64,000 nucleotides of DNA from Candidatus Multivorans sp. (GTDB lineage Bacteria; Acidobacteriota; Thermoanaerobaculia; Multivoradales; Multivoraceae), in assembly GCA_965205295.1 (NCBI GenBank), contig OZ242167.1, positions 135,788 to 199,787 of the forward strand, in the 5' to 3' direction. The position numbers and the translations under genes are program-made. Under the pieces are notes generated by a model, which had not been told where the DNA came from, searched no databases, and saw nothing but the letters and a program-made list of their open reading frames with translations. Shown here piece by piece: positions 1 to 8,689 of this stretch; position 1 is the first letter of the stretch, and every line of letters starts with the position of its first letter.

Positions 1-348
1 GAGCCCGCCCAGAACCCACAGCTTGCCGTTGAGGCCGACGGCGGCGTTGGCGCGCACGCCTACCGGCGTTTCCGTGAGTCCGTTCCACTCGCCGCCGGCG
101 TCGCTGTCCAGCTTCCTCAAGTCGAGCGCCATCACGGTTCGTTCTCACAGGGGATCCTCGACCGAGCCCCGGAGCTCCCACCCCCCGGCGACGACGAGCT
201 GGTCGCCGACGATTGCGAGGCCGTGCGAAGACCGGCCGGCCGGAAGCTCCGGAAGCCGCTCCCAGCGATTCTCCGCGGGCAGAAAGCGGGCCGCACTGCG
301 CACGGAGTGCAGCTCGTCCGGCGCCCGCCTCGGGTTGTTCGCGCGCAT
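1..348 (-). pseudogene. Kelch-repeat beta-propeller protein fragment with an in-frame TGA (runs off the window edge)
   Basis: Kelch blades RSSHGLAIVGDQLVVAGGW and, after TGA at 145-147, in-frame EWNGLTETPVGVRANAAVGLNGKLWVLGGL; a stop also lies just upstream of the ATG. Confidence 0.7.
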
Positions 349-394
349 CCGCTACCTGATCAGACGGCCGGAGTCGGTTCAGCCAATGGGGGAA

Positions 395-928
395 TCAGCC
401 GCAGTCCATGCTGTTCGAGCGCACGTACGCGATCACCTGCCAGATCGTGTCGTCGGGAATCTTGCCCCCGAACGGGAGCATCTCCGTGTCGGGGACACCC
501 TTCGTGATCACGCGAAAGAGATCGGCGTCCTCGCTGCCGTGCTGCCAGTTGCAGTCGAAGAGGTTCGGCGCGTCCTTCGTGACCCCCGGCTGCGTGGAGT
601 GGCAGTAGCCGGTGCAGACGGCCCGGAACATGCGCCGGCCGGCCGTGATCGCTGCGGGATCGTCGAGGTAGGCGGCAACGGGAGAGGAACTCGTCGCGGC
701 CGTCGATGCCGTTGGCTTCGCGGCCGTGGCTTCGGTGGCCGCGGCCGCGTCTCCGGCGGGTTCCGGCTGCGCGGATGCCGCGGACTGTGCGTCGCCTGGA
801 GCCGGGGCCGCTGGCTGATCGGCGGCCGGTCCGCCGCCGGTTGCACACGCGGCCAGCAGGACAGGCAGGACGAGTCGCGTGAGCGGCGCCCGACGGGTCG
901 GCTCGGTTCGTGGTTCGCTGTTGGACAA
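395..928 (-). CDS. Lipoprotein c-type cytochrome (probable electron acceptor of the PQQ dehydrogenase)
   Basis: Lipobox LLAAC, Ala/Pro linker, heme motif CTGYCH, APNL..W.HG, candidate distal Met in TEMLPFG. Confidence 0.85.
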   Translation of the reverse strand: MSNSEPRTEPTRRAPLTRLVLPVLLAACATGGGPAADQPAAPAPGDAQSAASAQPEPAGDAAAATEATAAKPTASTAATSSSPVAAYLDDPAAITAGRRMFRAVCTGYCHSTQPGVTKDAPNLFDCNWQHGSEDADLFRVITKGVPDTEMLPFGGKIPDDTIWQVIAYVRSNSMDCG

Positions 929-952
929 GGCGTTGCTCCTCTGCCTGGCGGG

Positions 953-1768
953 CTACTCGCCGCCGACGCCTAGCGCGCGGATCGCGGCCGGCGACGACAC
1001 GGTGGTGAAGGGTTGGGTTCGGAAGATGCCGTACCGGGCGGCAAGTCGATCCAGCGTGCCGTCGCGCCGCAGGTCGTCGAGCACTCGCTCGATCTCGGGG
1101 CCGAGGCGGTCGCCGGCTCGTACGGCCGCGTGCTCGTTGAAGCGCAGGCCGGTGGGAGGCTCGAACCCGCCAACCGGCGCCCTCTGAAGCCGCGCCAGGG
1201 CCGGGCCCCAGATCAGGGCCGCGACGGCTCGACCGTCGTCCACGGCGTCCGCCACGTCCGCCGCGGTCGGCTGCGAGGTCCAGTCGAGACCCAGGGCCTG
1301 GGCCGCGAAGTGACCGAGCGACTGGAGCCGGACCGCGACCTTGCGGTCGGCGAAGGCGCTTGCCAGGCGGTCCCACTCAAGAGCCTCCGCGCCGGGCATG
1401 TAGATCTCGAAGGCGGCCGCGTAGTACGGCGGCGTGAGGTCGAGTGCTGCTCCCAACCGGCCCAGCGCCAGCTCGCCGGGGATCGAGGGCGAGAGATCGC
1501 AGTCGCCGGCCACGAGATCGTCGAGTGGCAGGTCGGTGTCGTCGATCTCGGAGTAGGGCGGGGCGTTCGGGCGCCACACGGGCACGAAGTCGCGCCCGAG
1601 GCGCCGGGCTGCCTCGCTGAACAGGTCGTGGTCGAAGCCGGAGGCGCCGGTGCGGTCGGCGCGCGGGAGGTCGTCCTCGAGCAGGCAGACGCGCAGGTCC
1701 TCCGCCTGGGCGGGAACGACGGCCCAGAGGAGAATCGACAGCACACCGGCCGGCGCCAGGCGGGTCAC
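953..1768 (-). CDS. Substrate-binding protein, MoxJ/XoxJ-like (quinoprotein dehydrogenase-associated)
   Basis: GTG start overlaps the upstream TGA; signal peptide; LRVC, SGFD, TPPYY, ALIWGP motifs of family-3 SBP/MoxJ. Confidence 0.75.
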   Translation of the reverse strand: MTRLAPAGVLSILLWAVVPAQAEDLRVCLLEDDLPRADRTGASGFDHDLFSEAARRLGRDFVPVWRPNAPPYSEIDDTDLPLDDLVAGDCDLSPSIPGELALGRLGAALDLTPPYYAAAFEIYMPGAEALEWDRLASAFADRKVAVRLQSLGHFAAQALGLDWTSQPTAADVADAVDDGRAVAALIWGPALARLQRAPVGGFEPPTGLRFNEHAAVRAGDRLGPEIERVLDDLRRDGTLDRLAARYGIFRTQPFTTVSSPAAIRALGVGGE

Positions 1769-3561
1769 TGCGTGAGTTCGAAGACCAGCAGGACGCTGCC
1801 CTCCGGCAGCGACGGAGCGGTGCCGACCGTGGTCTGGACGATGCCGCCGCCGCCCGAGCCGACGGCCATGAAGGTCCGCCCGTCGTGCTGGTAGGCGATC
1901 GGATGGCTGCGGATTCCGGAGCCGGTCTGGTAGCGCCACACCTCGTCGCCGGTCTCGGCGTCGAAGCCGAGCAGGTGACCGCTCGCGTTGCCGGTGATCA
2001 CGAGACCGCCTTCGGTGCTGAGCACGCCGGCCATCATCGGCGTCGGATCCCGGTAGCTCCAGCGGGTCTCGCCGGTGCTCACGTCGATGGCCGACAGGTG
2101 GCCGTAGGACTTGCCTTCGACGGTGTCCGACGGAATCGGTTCACCGCCGAAGAAGGGGATGCCCTCGACGAAGACGACGAGGCCCTTGCGGAACATCATG
2201 CAGCTCTCGATCGTCGGCACGTAGGCCAGGCCGGTGACCGGACTGTAGGCGCCGGCGTAGGCCGCGTTGTTGCCGCCGGCAAGGCCGGGGCAGACGCGCT
2301 GGGTCGGCTCGTCGGCGGGCTTCATCGCCGGGTTGACCACGGGACGGCCATTCTCGTCCAGCGTCGCCCAGTTCAACTGATGAACGTACTGGTTGGCATG
2401 CAGGAAGCCGCCGTCACGGCGGTCCAGCACGTAGAAGTAGCCGTTCCGGTTCGCCTGGACGAGGGCGGGGATCGTCTGCTCGTTGACCTGTACGTCGACC
2501 AGCCACACCTCCGAGTTGCCGTCGTAGTCCCAGACGTCGTGGGGCGTGAACTGGAAGTGCCACTTGCGCTCGCCGGTTGCGATGTCGACCGCCAGAACGC
2601 TGTCGCTGTACAGGTTGTCGCCCTCGCGCGTGTCGCCGTTCCAGTCGGGAGACGGATTGCCTGTGGTCCAGAACAGGGTCCTGGTCGCCGGGTCGTAGCT
2701 GCCGGTGGCCCAGGTGGGAGCGCCGCCGGTCTTGTACGAATCGCCGGCCCAGGTCTCGACGCCGGGCTGGCCGTCGTCGGGCACCGTGTAGTGGCGCCAG
2801 AGCCGCTTGCCGGTCTCGACGTCGTAGCCGTCGAAGAAGCCGCGCACCCCGTACTCGCCGCCGCCGATGCCGATTACAGCCACGCCTTCTGCGATGAGGG
2901 GCGCCGAGGTGATCGAGAAGCCGGAGGCGTAGGGCTCGACCTCGGTGTTCCAGAGCAACTCGCCGCTCTTGCGGTTGAAGGCGAGCAGCCGGGCGTCCAG
3001 GGTGCCCATGACGACCACGTCTCCGGAGATGCCCACCCCCCGGTTCACCGGTCCGCAGCAGATGCGCAGATCGGAGGGGTTCTGGTGGTCGTAGCGCCAC
3101 AGCAGACTGCCGTCGCCGGCGTCGTAGGCGAGCAGGCGGTTCATCGACGAAGTCAGGTAGAGGACGCCGTCGTAGACCACGGGCGAGGACTCGAGCTGGC
3201 CCGAGACGCCGGTCTGGGCGATCCAGGCCAGCCGCAACCCGGAGGCGCTCTCGGGAGTGAGTTCGGTGATCGGCGAGTGGCGCCAGCTTCCGTAGTTGCC
3301 GCCGTAGTGGAGCCAGGACTCACGGGTCGGGGCCGCTTCGAGCAGCGACTGCTCGACGGGCCCGGCGCCGTCGCCGACTGCGCCGGTCGCCGTCCAGTGG
3401 GTTTGCGGGCCCGCGGCTACGCCTTCCTCCTGAGCAGCGAGCGGGATCGCCAGAGTCGCGAAAACGATCGCCAGGTAGATCGTGGAGCGCCATCGGTGAG
3501 CTCTCGCCTGAATCTTCGTAGTCCCGGCGTGCGCTGTCTCTTGAAGCGGCGTGGCTCGCAT
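1765..3561 (-). CDS. PQQ-dependent alcohol dehydrogenase (methanol/ethanol family, lanthanide-type motif)
   Basis: Vicinal CC (ICCGPVNRG), GGGEYGVRG, GNPSP, TPHDVWDYDG, repeated W-docking motifs; GGGAG RBS before ATG 3561. Confidence 0.92.
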   Translation of the reverse strand: MRATPLQETAHAGTTKIQARAHRWRSTIYLAIVFATLAIPLAAQEEGVAAGPQTHWTATGAVGDGAGPVEQSLLEAAPTRESWLHYGGNYGSWRHSPITELTPESASGLRLAWIAQTGVSGQLESSPVVYDGVLYLTSSMNRLLAYDAGDGSLLWRYDHQNPSDLRICCGPVNRGVGISGDVVVMGTLDARLLAFNRKSGELLWNTEVEPYASGFSITSAPLIAEGVAVIGIGGGEYGVRGFFDGYDVETGKRLWRHYTVPDDGQPGVETWAGDSYKTGGAPTWATGSYDPATRTLFWTTGNPSPDWNGDTREGDNLYSDSVLAVDIATGERKWHFQFTPHDVWDYDGNSEVWLVDVQVNEQTIPALVQANRNGYFYVLDRRDGGFLHANQYVHQLNWATLDENGRPVVNPAMKPADEPTQRVCPGLAGGNNAAYAGAYSPVTGLAYVPTIESCMMFRKGLVVFVEGIPFFGGEPIPSDTVEGKSYGHLSAIDVSTGETRWSYRDPTPMMAGVLSTEGGLVITGNASGHLLGFDAETGDEVWRYQTGSGIRSHPIAYQHDGRTFMAVGSGGGGIVQTTVGTAPSLPEGSVLLVFELTQ

Positions 3562-3721
3562 CGACAAACTCCCTCCTGTGCAACGTCCAAGATGTCGCGG
3601 AACGGTGCTCTCGTGCCGCCGTTGACGCGAACCGCGGATGATACCGTGCAGCGCGTTTTCGGTTTCCAGCGACACCGGGCCCGGCGCCCGAGTTGCCTGC
3701 CACGCCAAGGAGAAGATCAGA

Positions 3722-4837
3722 ATGACGGACGACGACAGCGGCACGCAGAGCCTCTACGGCCGGCTCGACCCGGACCAGGTCAGCGCCTTCGCCTTGAAGG
3801 TGTGGAAGTACAAGCAGGGCGAGCTGGTCTCCCTGATGATCCACCTCGGCGATCGCCTGGGCATCTACCGGACGCTGCGGGGCTTGGGGCCCGTCACCGT
3901 GTTGGAGTTGGCCGAGGCGAGCGGACTCAAGGAGCGCTGGCTGCTCGAGTGGCTGCGCGGCCAGACGGCAGCCGGGCTGATCGAGTACCACGCGGCCGAG
4001 AACGGCGGCGAGCCGCGGTTCGAGTTCACCGACGTGGCTGCCGCGGTGCTGGCCGACGAAGAGCGGTCCGTGGCCTTTGCCGCCGGCGCTTTCGGCTACC
4101 CGCCCGATCACGCCGTGATCGACGGCCTCGCGGAGGCGTTCAAGACCGGAGTCGGTCTCTCGTACCAGCAACTCGGCCCCTGCGCCGCCCATCGCACCGA
4201 GCGGATGCTCGGTCCGTGGACCCGGCAGGCGTTGGTGCCGCGGATCATCCCGGCGCTCGACGGGGTCGAGGAACGGCTGCGGTCCGGGATCGACGTCGTC
4301 GATGTCGGCTGCGGCGGCGGCGTGGCGCTCCTGTCGCTGGCGCGCGCCTTCCCGGCGTCGCGCTTCGTCGGCTACGACCCGTCCGAGCACGCGATCGAGA
4401 TCGCCGGCGAGCGGACCAGGGAAGCCGGCGTCGCCAACGCGGAGTGGCGGGTCGCGCGCGGTGAGGATCTGCCGGCGTCGCCGACCTTCGACCTGGTCGT
4501 CACCTTCGACTGCATTCACGACATGACGCGGCCGGATCGGGTGATCTCCGCCATCCGCGGCGCCGTCCGGGACGACGGCACCTGGCTGATCAAGGACATC
4601 CGCAGCAGCCCCCGGTTCGAGGACAACCTCCGCAATCCGGTGCTTGCGCTGCTCTACGGGTTCTCCGTCTCGGCCTGCATGTCGTCCGCCCTGTCCGAAC
4701 CGGACGGCCTCGGCCTCGGAACTCTCGGTTTCAACCCGGTGGTGGCGGAGCGGATGGTGCGTGAAGGCGGCTTCACGCGCTTCCGGATGCACGACTTCGA
4801 CGACCCGGCGAACCTGTACTACGAAGTCCGACCGTAG
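3722..4837 (+). CDS. Class I SAM-dependent methyltransferase with N-terminal winged helix (Rv2258c-like)
   Basis: VVDVGCGGG motif I, FDCIHDM, N-terminal GDRLGIY/ERWLLEWL; GGAG RBS. Confidence 0.88.
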   Translation: MTDDDSGTQSLYGRLDPDQVSAFALKVWKYKQGELVSLMIHLGDRLGIYRTLRGLGPVTVLELAEASGLKERWLLEWLRGQTAAGLIEYHAAENGGEPRFEFTDVAAAVLADEERSVAFAAGAFGYPPDHAVIDGLAEAFKTGVGLSYQQLGPCAAHRTERMLGPWTRQALVPRIIPALDGVEERLRSGIDVVDVGCGGGVALLSLARAFPASRFVGYDPSEHAIEIAGERTREAGVANAEWRVARGEDLPASPTFDLVVTFDCIHDMTRPDRVISAIRGAVRDDGTWLIKDIRSSPRFEDNLRNPVLALLYGFSVSACMSSALSEPDGLGLGTLGFNPVVAERMVREGGFTRFRMHDFDDPANLYYEVRP

Positions 4838-4906
4838 CGGCCTGACTACCTGAAGGAGGTTGAGTCGACGTCCGGCGAGGGCCCTACTCCGAAACCCGCT
4901 GGCTCG

Positions 4907-5370
4907 TCATTGTGGAAGGACCGCGAACGGAGGATTCGCGTCCTCCCAGGCCCGTATTCCCTCCCAAAGACCTGTCGCTTCCAGCCACTCCCGCGACATC
5001 GCCAGCCGCAACCCGCTGGCTATGCTCTTCACGCCGACGGTCTTGGGCATGTCCCCAAGGACGTGCCTTAGTCCGCTTCGCAAGATCTCCATCATGTCGT
5101 GTCCCCGTGCGACAAACCAGGGAGCTTCATCCAGGAGCTCCTCTGTGCGGTCCTGCCAAGCCTTTCGATCCAGGGCGGACCTGGCGACAACAGCGCTGAT
5201 GAGGGCGGCTTCCCCTCACCGTCGACGAGTTCGCAGTGCTTGTCTCGCCGCTCCCTCCAGAACCGCATGTCGTCTTTGCCTTCAAGGACGAGAAACGCCC
5301 CGGAGTGCGCTTGGCGGTGCATCTCGATTTCGGCTGCCAGGACGCCTGGCGTCTTGTTGCCGAACAGCAT
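4907..5370 (-). pseudogene. DUF4435/TOPRIM-like (AriB-like) protein, internally deleted and frameshifted
   Basis: N-part FLVLEGKDDMRFW..GEGK switches frame near 5205 to a C-part containing ARGHDMMEIL; much shorter than an intact member. Confidence 0.65.
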
Positions 5371-5440
5371 CTCGGTCTCTATCGGAGGAAGGGACGGGGC
5401 GTATTGCGGCCGTTGTGCCGTTGGCCGCCGCCGTGGGCCG

Positions 5441-6480
5441 TCAGACCTGGTCGCCAAGCCCCACCATGAGGTCGTCCCGCTCGCCGATGATGTAGGGCGA
5501 GTGGGTCGCCACGATGGCGTCGAAGGCGGACAGCTTGGCGAACTCCAGCAGGTCGGGAAGAAAGCGCTTCTGCCACGAGACGTGCAGCGAGAGTTCAGGC
5601 TCGTCGATGAGTACGATCGTGTTCCTCTTGGCTCGGAACAGGAGGTCGTAGTGCAACACCAACTCATGCTGCTCGCCAGACGAAAGCGAGCTGAGCGACA
5701 ATTTGGCGCCGGAGTCGGTCTCGGCCACGAAGCCGCCTTCGCGATCGACTCGTAACCTCTTGTGTCTGAACTTTCCGTTGATGCTGTCCAAGAGGCTTCG
5801 CACACGTCTGGAAAGATCGGCGAGAGCTTGGAGTTTCCGTTCCGTGTCTTGAACATAGAGCGTCATCACCCGGGCCGTCATCTCGCGGGCCTGTGGGTCG
5901 TCCAACTCAGATTTTACATCCGGGCGGTGACTGGGTTGCTCGCTGGCTTCGTCCAGGATTCCGAGAGATTTCAGTTGATCGGTCTCACTCTTCAAGGCCG
6001 TCATGCGTTGTTGAAGCTGCTCACTAGGGAAGCTGTCTCTGGCCGCCACGAGTCGCTGAGGGAACGTCTGGTCCAACACCTGTGCCTGTCTGCCGTAACT
6101 CGCCATTGTCTCGCGAAGTCGCTCGCCGAATTCCCGGCTTCGTTCCAATACAGTCGGCACCGCGGAGTCGCTGAACCGAGGGTTGGACCAAGGATTGGAC
6201 CAAGCCCTTGGATTCGGTCTGGAGCGCACTAGGCGTTGGGTTTCGATGAAGTGGACGCTGGCGTTCTCAAGGAACGCTTGAAACCACGGCGGGAGTCCCG
6301 AATCGGGGGTGCCACGAGTGGACGCGAGCAACCCCAGGAGCTTGCCCTTGGAAGAAAGTTCTCCTTCGCGAAGTTCGTCGAGGGAAGGCGGAAGCGGCAG
6401 GTAGGGTGGCGCGATGTCGTCGGCTTCGGCACGGAGGGGAATTTCGGCTGCCCTCGTATCACCGAGTCCACGGTCATGAA
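5441..6480 (-). pseudogene. ABC/AAA_21-type ATPase (AriA-like), 5'-truncated
   Basis: LSSGEQHE signature, IVLIDEPELSLH Walker B, ATHSP H-loop; no Walker A in the ORF; 5' boundary approximate. Confidence 0.7.
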
Positions 6481-6555
6481 CGACATCGATCAGATCGGCG
6501 GCGCGTGCGAAGTGTCCGTCTTCACGCCTCCTGGAAACGGCGGGCCGTACAGCGG

Positions 6556-8649
6556 TCACTGCCAGCGCAGGTCGACCCGGTCGATCGCCACGCCGTTCGG
6601 CGGCAGCGCTTCGCCGGCGTCGAAGGGGACTTCGAGGACGAGAGGAGCGCCTGAGAGCCACGGGGCGGCGGGCAGCTTGCGCGTCTGCCAACCGGTCGGG
6701 TCGCTGCCGTCCTCATCGGTGAAGGTCAGACGGCCGATCTCGCGGCTGCCGGAGCGGGCGATCAGGGTCAGCGGCGCGGGACGGTTTCGCACCGGCCGGA
6801 CGGTCACGGTGAGTTCCACCTGGTTGCCGCCGGGTATCACGGGCGCTTCGGCACGCGTGCCTTCCGGGAACACCCATGCTTCCGGGTACCGCGTACGGTC
6901 CATGATCCAGCGTTCCGGGTCCAGATTGCCGCCGCTCCGCTGGATCGCGGCGCTCTCGATCTCGAGCCGCCGCGTCGGCAGGGCGCCGGCGAGGACGGGG
7001 AGGGCGGCGAGGGCGAGCACGGGGATGCCGGCAAGCGCCGCCGCGATTGCCTTGTGCCGGACGCGCCCCGCAACGAGAGCGAGGCAGACGGCCGCGAGGG
7101 GGACCAGCCAGGTCGCACTTCGGGGCCGCGTGGCCGAGGGCAGAAAGCGCGCGAAGTCGACACCGCTGCGAGCCTCCAGGTAGTGGATCAGGTGGTGGCG
7201 GCCGTCGGCCAGGTTGTAGGTCCAGCCCGGTTCCACCACGTAGAGCACGGCCAGCGCCCCGCTTAGAAGGGCCAGCACCAGGGCCAGCGCCGTCATGCCC
7301 GCCGGGAGGCCGCCGGCAGCGGCCCCGGATGCCGAGGCGGCGCGGCCGGACTCGAGTCGCCGTTCGAACAGCGGCGCCAGCAGCAGGGCGAGGAAGGGCA
7401 ACACGACGAGGCCGTACCGAAACGGCGGCGACCAGCCGCCGTACCACTCGCGGCGCGAGGCGACCAGCAACAGTGTCGGCAGGGCGATCAGCGCGACCTC
7501 GAACAGGAGGCGGCGGTTGCGCCGCCAGGCGACCACGGCGGCGGGAAACAGGAGCAGCCAGATCGGTGCGCAGGCGACGAGGCCGTAGGCGACATCGAAG
7601 AACAGCCCGTTCAGACCGAGCGCGATGCTGGTCGCCGATTCGCGCGAGGGGGTCAACTCGCTCCACGAGTGCATGCCGAGCACGGTTCCGAAGCGCGCGT
7701 GGTTCAGCCACAGGACCAGGGCGCCGGCGGGAGCGAGGATTGCCGCCAGCCGCAACATGCCGCGGCGCCGGCGTCCGGGTTCGAGACGCAGCACCCAGAT
7801 CAGGGCGAGCGCGGCGCTGACCAGGACGAGTCGGACTTTGATCGCCGGCAGCAGGGCCAATGCTCCGGCGAGCAGTAGCCAGAGGCCCCAATTCGCACGG
7901 GAGGCGTCGAGTGGTCGGCCTTGCGCGCCGGCTGTGAGGCGGGTGATCCACCGGTAGGCCGCGACCGCGAGCAGAACGGCGGCGACGTCGGCCCAGATCT
8001 GCTGGCTGTAGAGCAGGAACGGGGCGGCGAAGCCGAAGGTCAGATAGACGAGGAGTCTTGCCCGGGAGTCCGGGCTGAACGCGGTGAGATCGAGCACGAG
8101 CCAGGCGCTGAGCGCGGCCAGCGCCGCGATCACGATCATGGCGCCGGCCCTGCCGCCCAGGCGGTATGCCGGCGCCATGACTGCCTGCAGCAGGGCGCCG
8201 TGCCGCGAGTGGACCGCGCCGTCCGGCTTCTCGGGGTCTCCAGGCTGCGGTTCGATCGCCCGGGGCATGAAGTTGAGCGAGTCCCGGTCGCGGTAGTTGT
8301 TCGCCAGATCGAGGTCGAAGTCGTGGGCGATGCTGTGGGTTGCCAGGAGGAACCAGGGCTCGTCGCCGTCGGGCGCCCGCGTACTCGTCGACCACGGAAT
8401 CAGCGCCAGGTAGAAGCCGAAGGGCAAGAGCAGAAAGACGAGCGGCGGCCGCGGCGAGGTCGCGGAGCGGTCGAGTAGCGGTTCCAGCGCCAGGACGCGG
8501 CAAACGACGTAGAGCAGACCCAGCGCCACGGCGCCGCCCACGCCCAAGGGCTGCCACCCGTCAACGCCCAGGAGCGGCGCACCGAGCGCCGACGCGCCGA
8601 GTAGCCCGGCGGCCGCCAACGCCCAAGTTTCCATGCCGCCGCGGACCAT
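6556..8649 (-). CDS. Polytopic membrane protein, GT-C glycosyltransferase-like
   Basis: Many hydrophobic helices, GDEP acidic loop motif after early TMs, W.GGW..P.RY motif, C-terminal soluble domain. Confidence 0.6.
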   Translation of the reverse strand: MVRGGMETWALAAAGLLGASALGAPLLGVDGWQPLGVGGAVALGLLYVVCRVLALEPLLDRSATSPRPPLVFLLLPFGFYLALIPWSTSTRAPDGDEPWFLLATHSIAHDFDLDLANNYRDRDSLNFMPRAIEPQPGDPEKPDGAVHSRHGALLQAVMAPAYRLGGRAGAMIVIAALAALSAWLVLDLTAFSPDSRARLLVYLTFGFAAPFLLYSQQIWADVAAVLLAVAAYRWITRLTAGAQGRPLDASRANWGLWLLLAGALALLPAIKVRLVLVSAALALIWVLRLEPGRRRRGMLRLAAILAPAGALVLWLNHARFGTVLGMHSWSELTPSRESATSIALGLNGLFFDVAYGLVACAPIWLLLFPAAVVAWRRNRRLLFEVALIALPTLLLVASRREWYGGWSPPFRYGLVVLPFLALLLAPLFERRLESGRAASASGAAAGGLPAGMTALALVLALLSGALAVLYVVEPGWTYNLADGRHHLIHYLEARSGVDFARFLPSATRPRSATWLVPLAAVCLALVAGRVRHKAIAAALAGIPVLALAALPVLAGALPTRRLEIESAAIQRSGGNLDPERWIMDRTRYPEAWVFPEGTRAEAPVIPGGNQVELTVTVRPVRNRPAPLTLIARSGSREIGRLTFTDEDGSDPTGWQTRKLPAAPWLSGAPLVLEVPFDAGEALPPNGVAIDRVDLRWQ

Positions 8650-8689
8650 CTTCGTCCGGCAGTGTACCGACGGCCGGCGCGCGTCTACT

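Noticed and set aside
145-147. TGA as selenocysteine or a recoded Trp
   Set aside because: The context suits Trp rather than Cys, no convincing SECIS was seen, and TGA terminates many genes here
6181-6206. 12-bp tandem duplication (WSNP x2) in the ATPase remnant
   Set aside because: Only two units; ordinary slippage, not an array
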